Source: Octopus sinensis
Taxonomy: Eukaryota
Direction of reading: 5' to 3'
NCBI RefSeq assembly: GCF_006345805.1
Contig: NC_043014.1
Span: 37,634,001 to 37,698,000 of the forward strand
DNA: 64,000 nucleotides
The position numbers were made by a program, and so were the translations under genes. Shown here one piece after another: positions 63,073 through 64,000 of this stretch; position 1 is the first letter of the stretch, and the number at the start of each line of letters is the position of its first letter. The notes under the pieces are model-generated. The model had not been told where the DNA came from. It worked only from the letters and a program-made list of their open reading frames with translations, and made no database searches.

Positions 63073-63255
63073 CTTTCTACTATAGGCATAAGGCCTAGAA
63101 TTTTGGGGTAGGGGACCAGTCGATTACATCGACCTCAGTGCGTAGCTGGTACTTAGTTTCAACTCGACAGCATTTGAGCTCAGAACCGTGAGACAGAAGA
63201 AATACCACTAAGCATTTCGCCGGGCGTGCTAACGATTCTGCCAGCTCGCCGCCTT
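63073..63255 (-). mobile_element. Family B SINE (common tail)
   Basis: Head AAGGCGGCGAGCTGGCAGAATCGTTAGCACGCCCGGCG on the minus strand. Confidence 0.85.
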
Positions 63256-63453
<198 letters not shown>

Positions 63454-63994
63454 AATACCCTGATGCAGTACCAGGCAGTGGCTCTCATGGCTTCTGATCT
63501 TAACTGATTGGAAGTGTCACCATGTACATTGTTTTGTCTTGGTATAAAAGATGGGCTACAGCAAATATTCTGCTCAATACTATAGATTTGCTTGTCAGTT
63601 GTTTGACCTTAACCATAGTGGCTGACGACATGTGCATCTCTGACCACGTGCAGAAGTAGTGGGGGAGCATCATAGCCGTGTGTTGAAAGGAATTCTTGGA
63701 GGTTGGGATATTTCATCTTTGGAAACATGGGTGGTTCGTTGAACATCCTTAAACAATCCTTATTCATGGACTTTTGAGCGGGATGGGCTGCTCGACCTGA
63801 AGAAAATTCTAACTGGGCTCCACCTGCAAGGTCATGCGCTGTTTATCTTGATATGAGATCACCATGACGCGCACATATGGTTATGATGCATGTGTCTGGT
63901 GTACCCTTATCAGACAGGTAGTAATGATGGGTATACTTGGCTTCGTATATTTTACCCCAGTTTCAATTTGATGGCATGCACTGCTCTCTCACTC
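63454..63994 (+). mobile_element. ~540-bp AAT-associated element, copy 3 (most complete)
   Basis: AATACCCTGATGCAGTACC...GCACTGCTCTCTCACTC-AAT; triplet repeat on the 5' side and AATGAT at the window edge. Confidence 0.88.
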
Positions 63995-64000
63995 AATGAT

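Noticed and set aside
63454-63530. HDV-like ribozyme at the 5' end of the 540-bp element (GG followed by hairpin CTTCTGATC/GATTGGAAG)
   Set aside because: No P1 partner, no CC in the putative L3, and no catalytic C directly after the hairpin.

Overview
Eukaryotic, AT-rich, microsatellite-dense, almost entirely repeat-derived DNA. The SINE families and repeat style look like an Octopus (coleoid cephalopod) genome; this is inferred from pattern recognition, not a database hit. No confident host gene, rRNA, tRNA gene or CRISPR array was found, and most ORFs in the track are translations of microsatellites or SINEs. DNA elements: a near-full-length D,D34D mariner (26093-27384, one stop and one frameshift), a decayed piggyBac, maT, hAT and mariner relics, two non-autonomous Helitron families, and GGATC-ended 8-bp-TSD elements, one carrying TTAGGG repeats. 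Retroelements: fragments of CR1, RTE, Tx1 and restriction-like-endonuclease (R4/Dong-type) LINEs, Penelope-like termini with degenerate minimal hammerhead motifs, and at least four SINE-like families. There is one 100-N gap. The most interesting signal is a set of retroelement partnerships readable from the sequence. (1) A ~540-bp non-coding element sits next to (AAT)n arrays and shares its 3' tail with an R4/Dong-type LINE. (2) A tRNA-headed SINE subfamily has a 3' tail matching the Tx1 LINE 3' UTR and repeatedly joins at AATAC sites, including inside itself. (3) Two independent Tx1 insertions lie at the same junction of the 540-bp element. Coordinates of degenerate elements are approximate manual reads.
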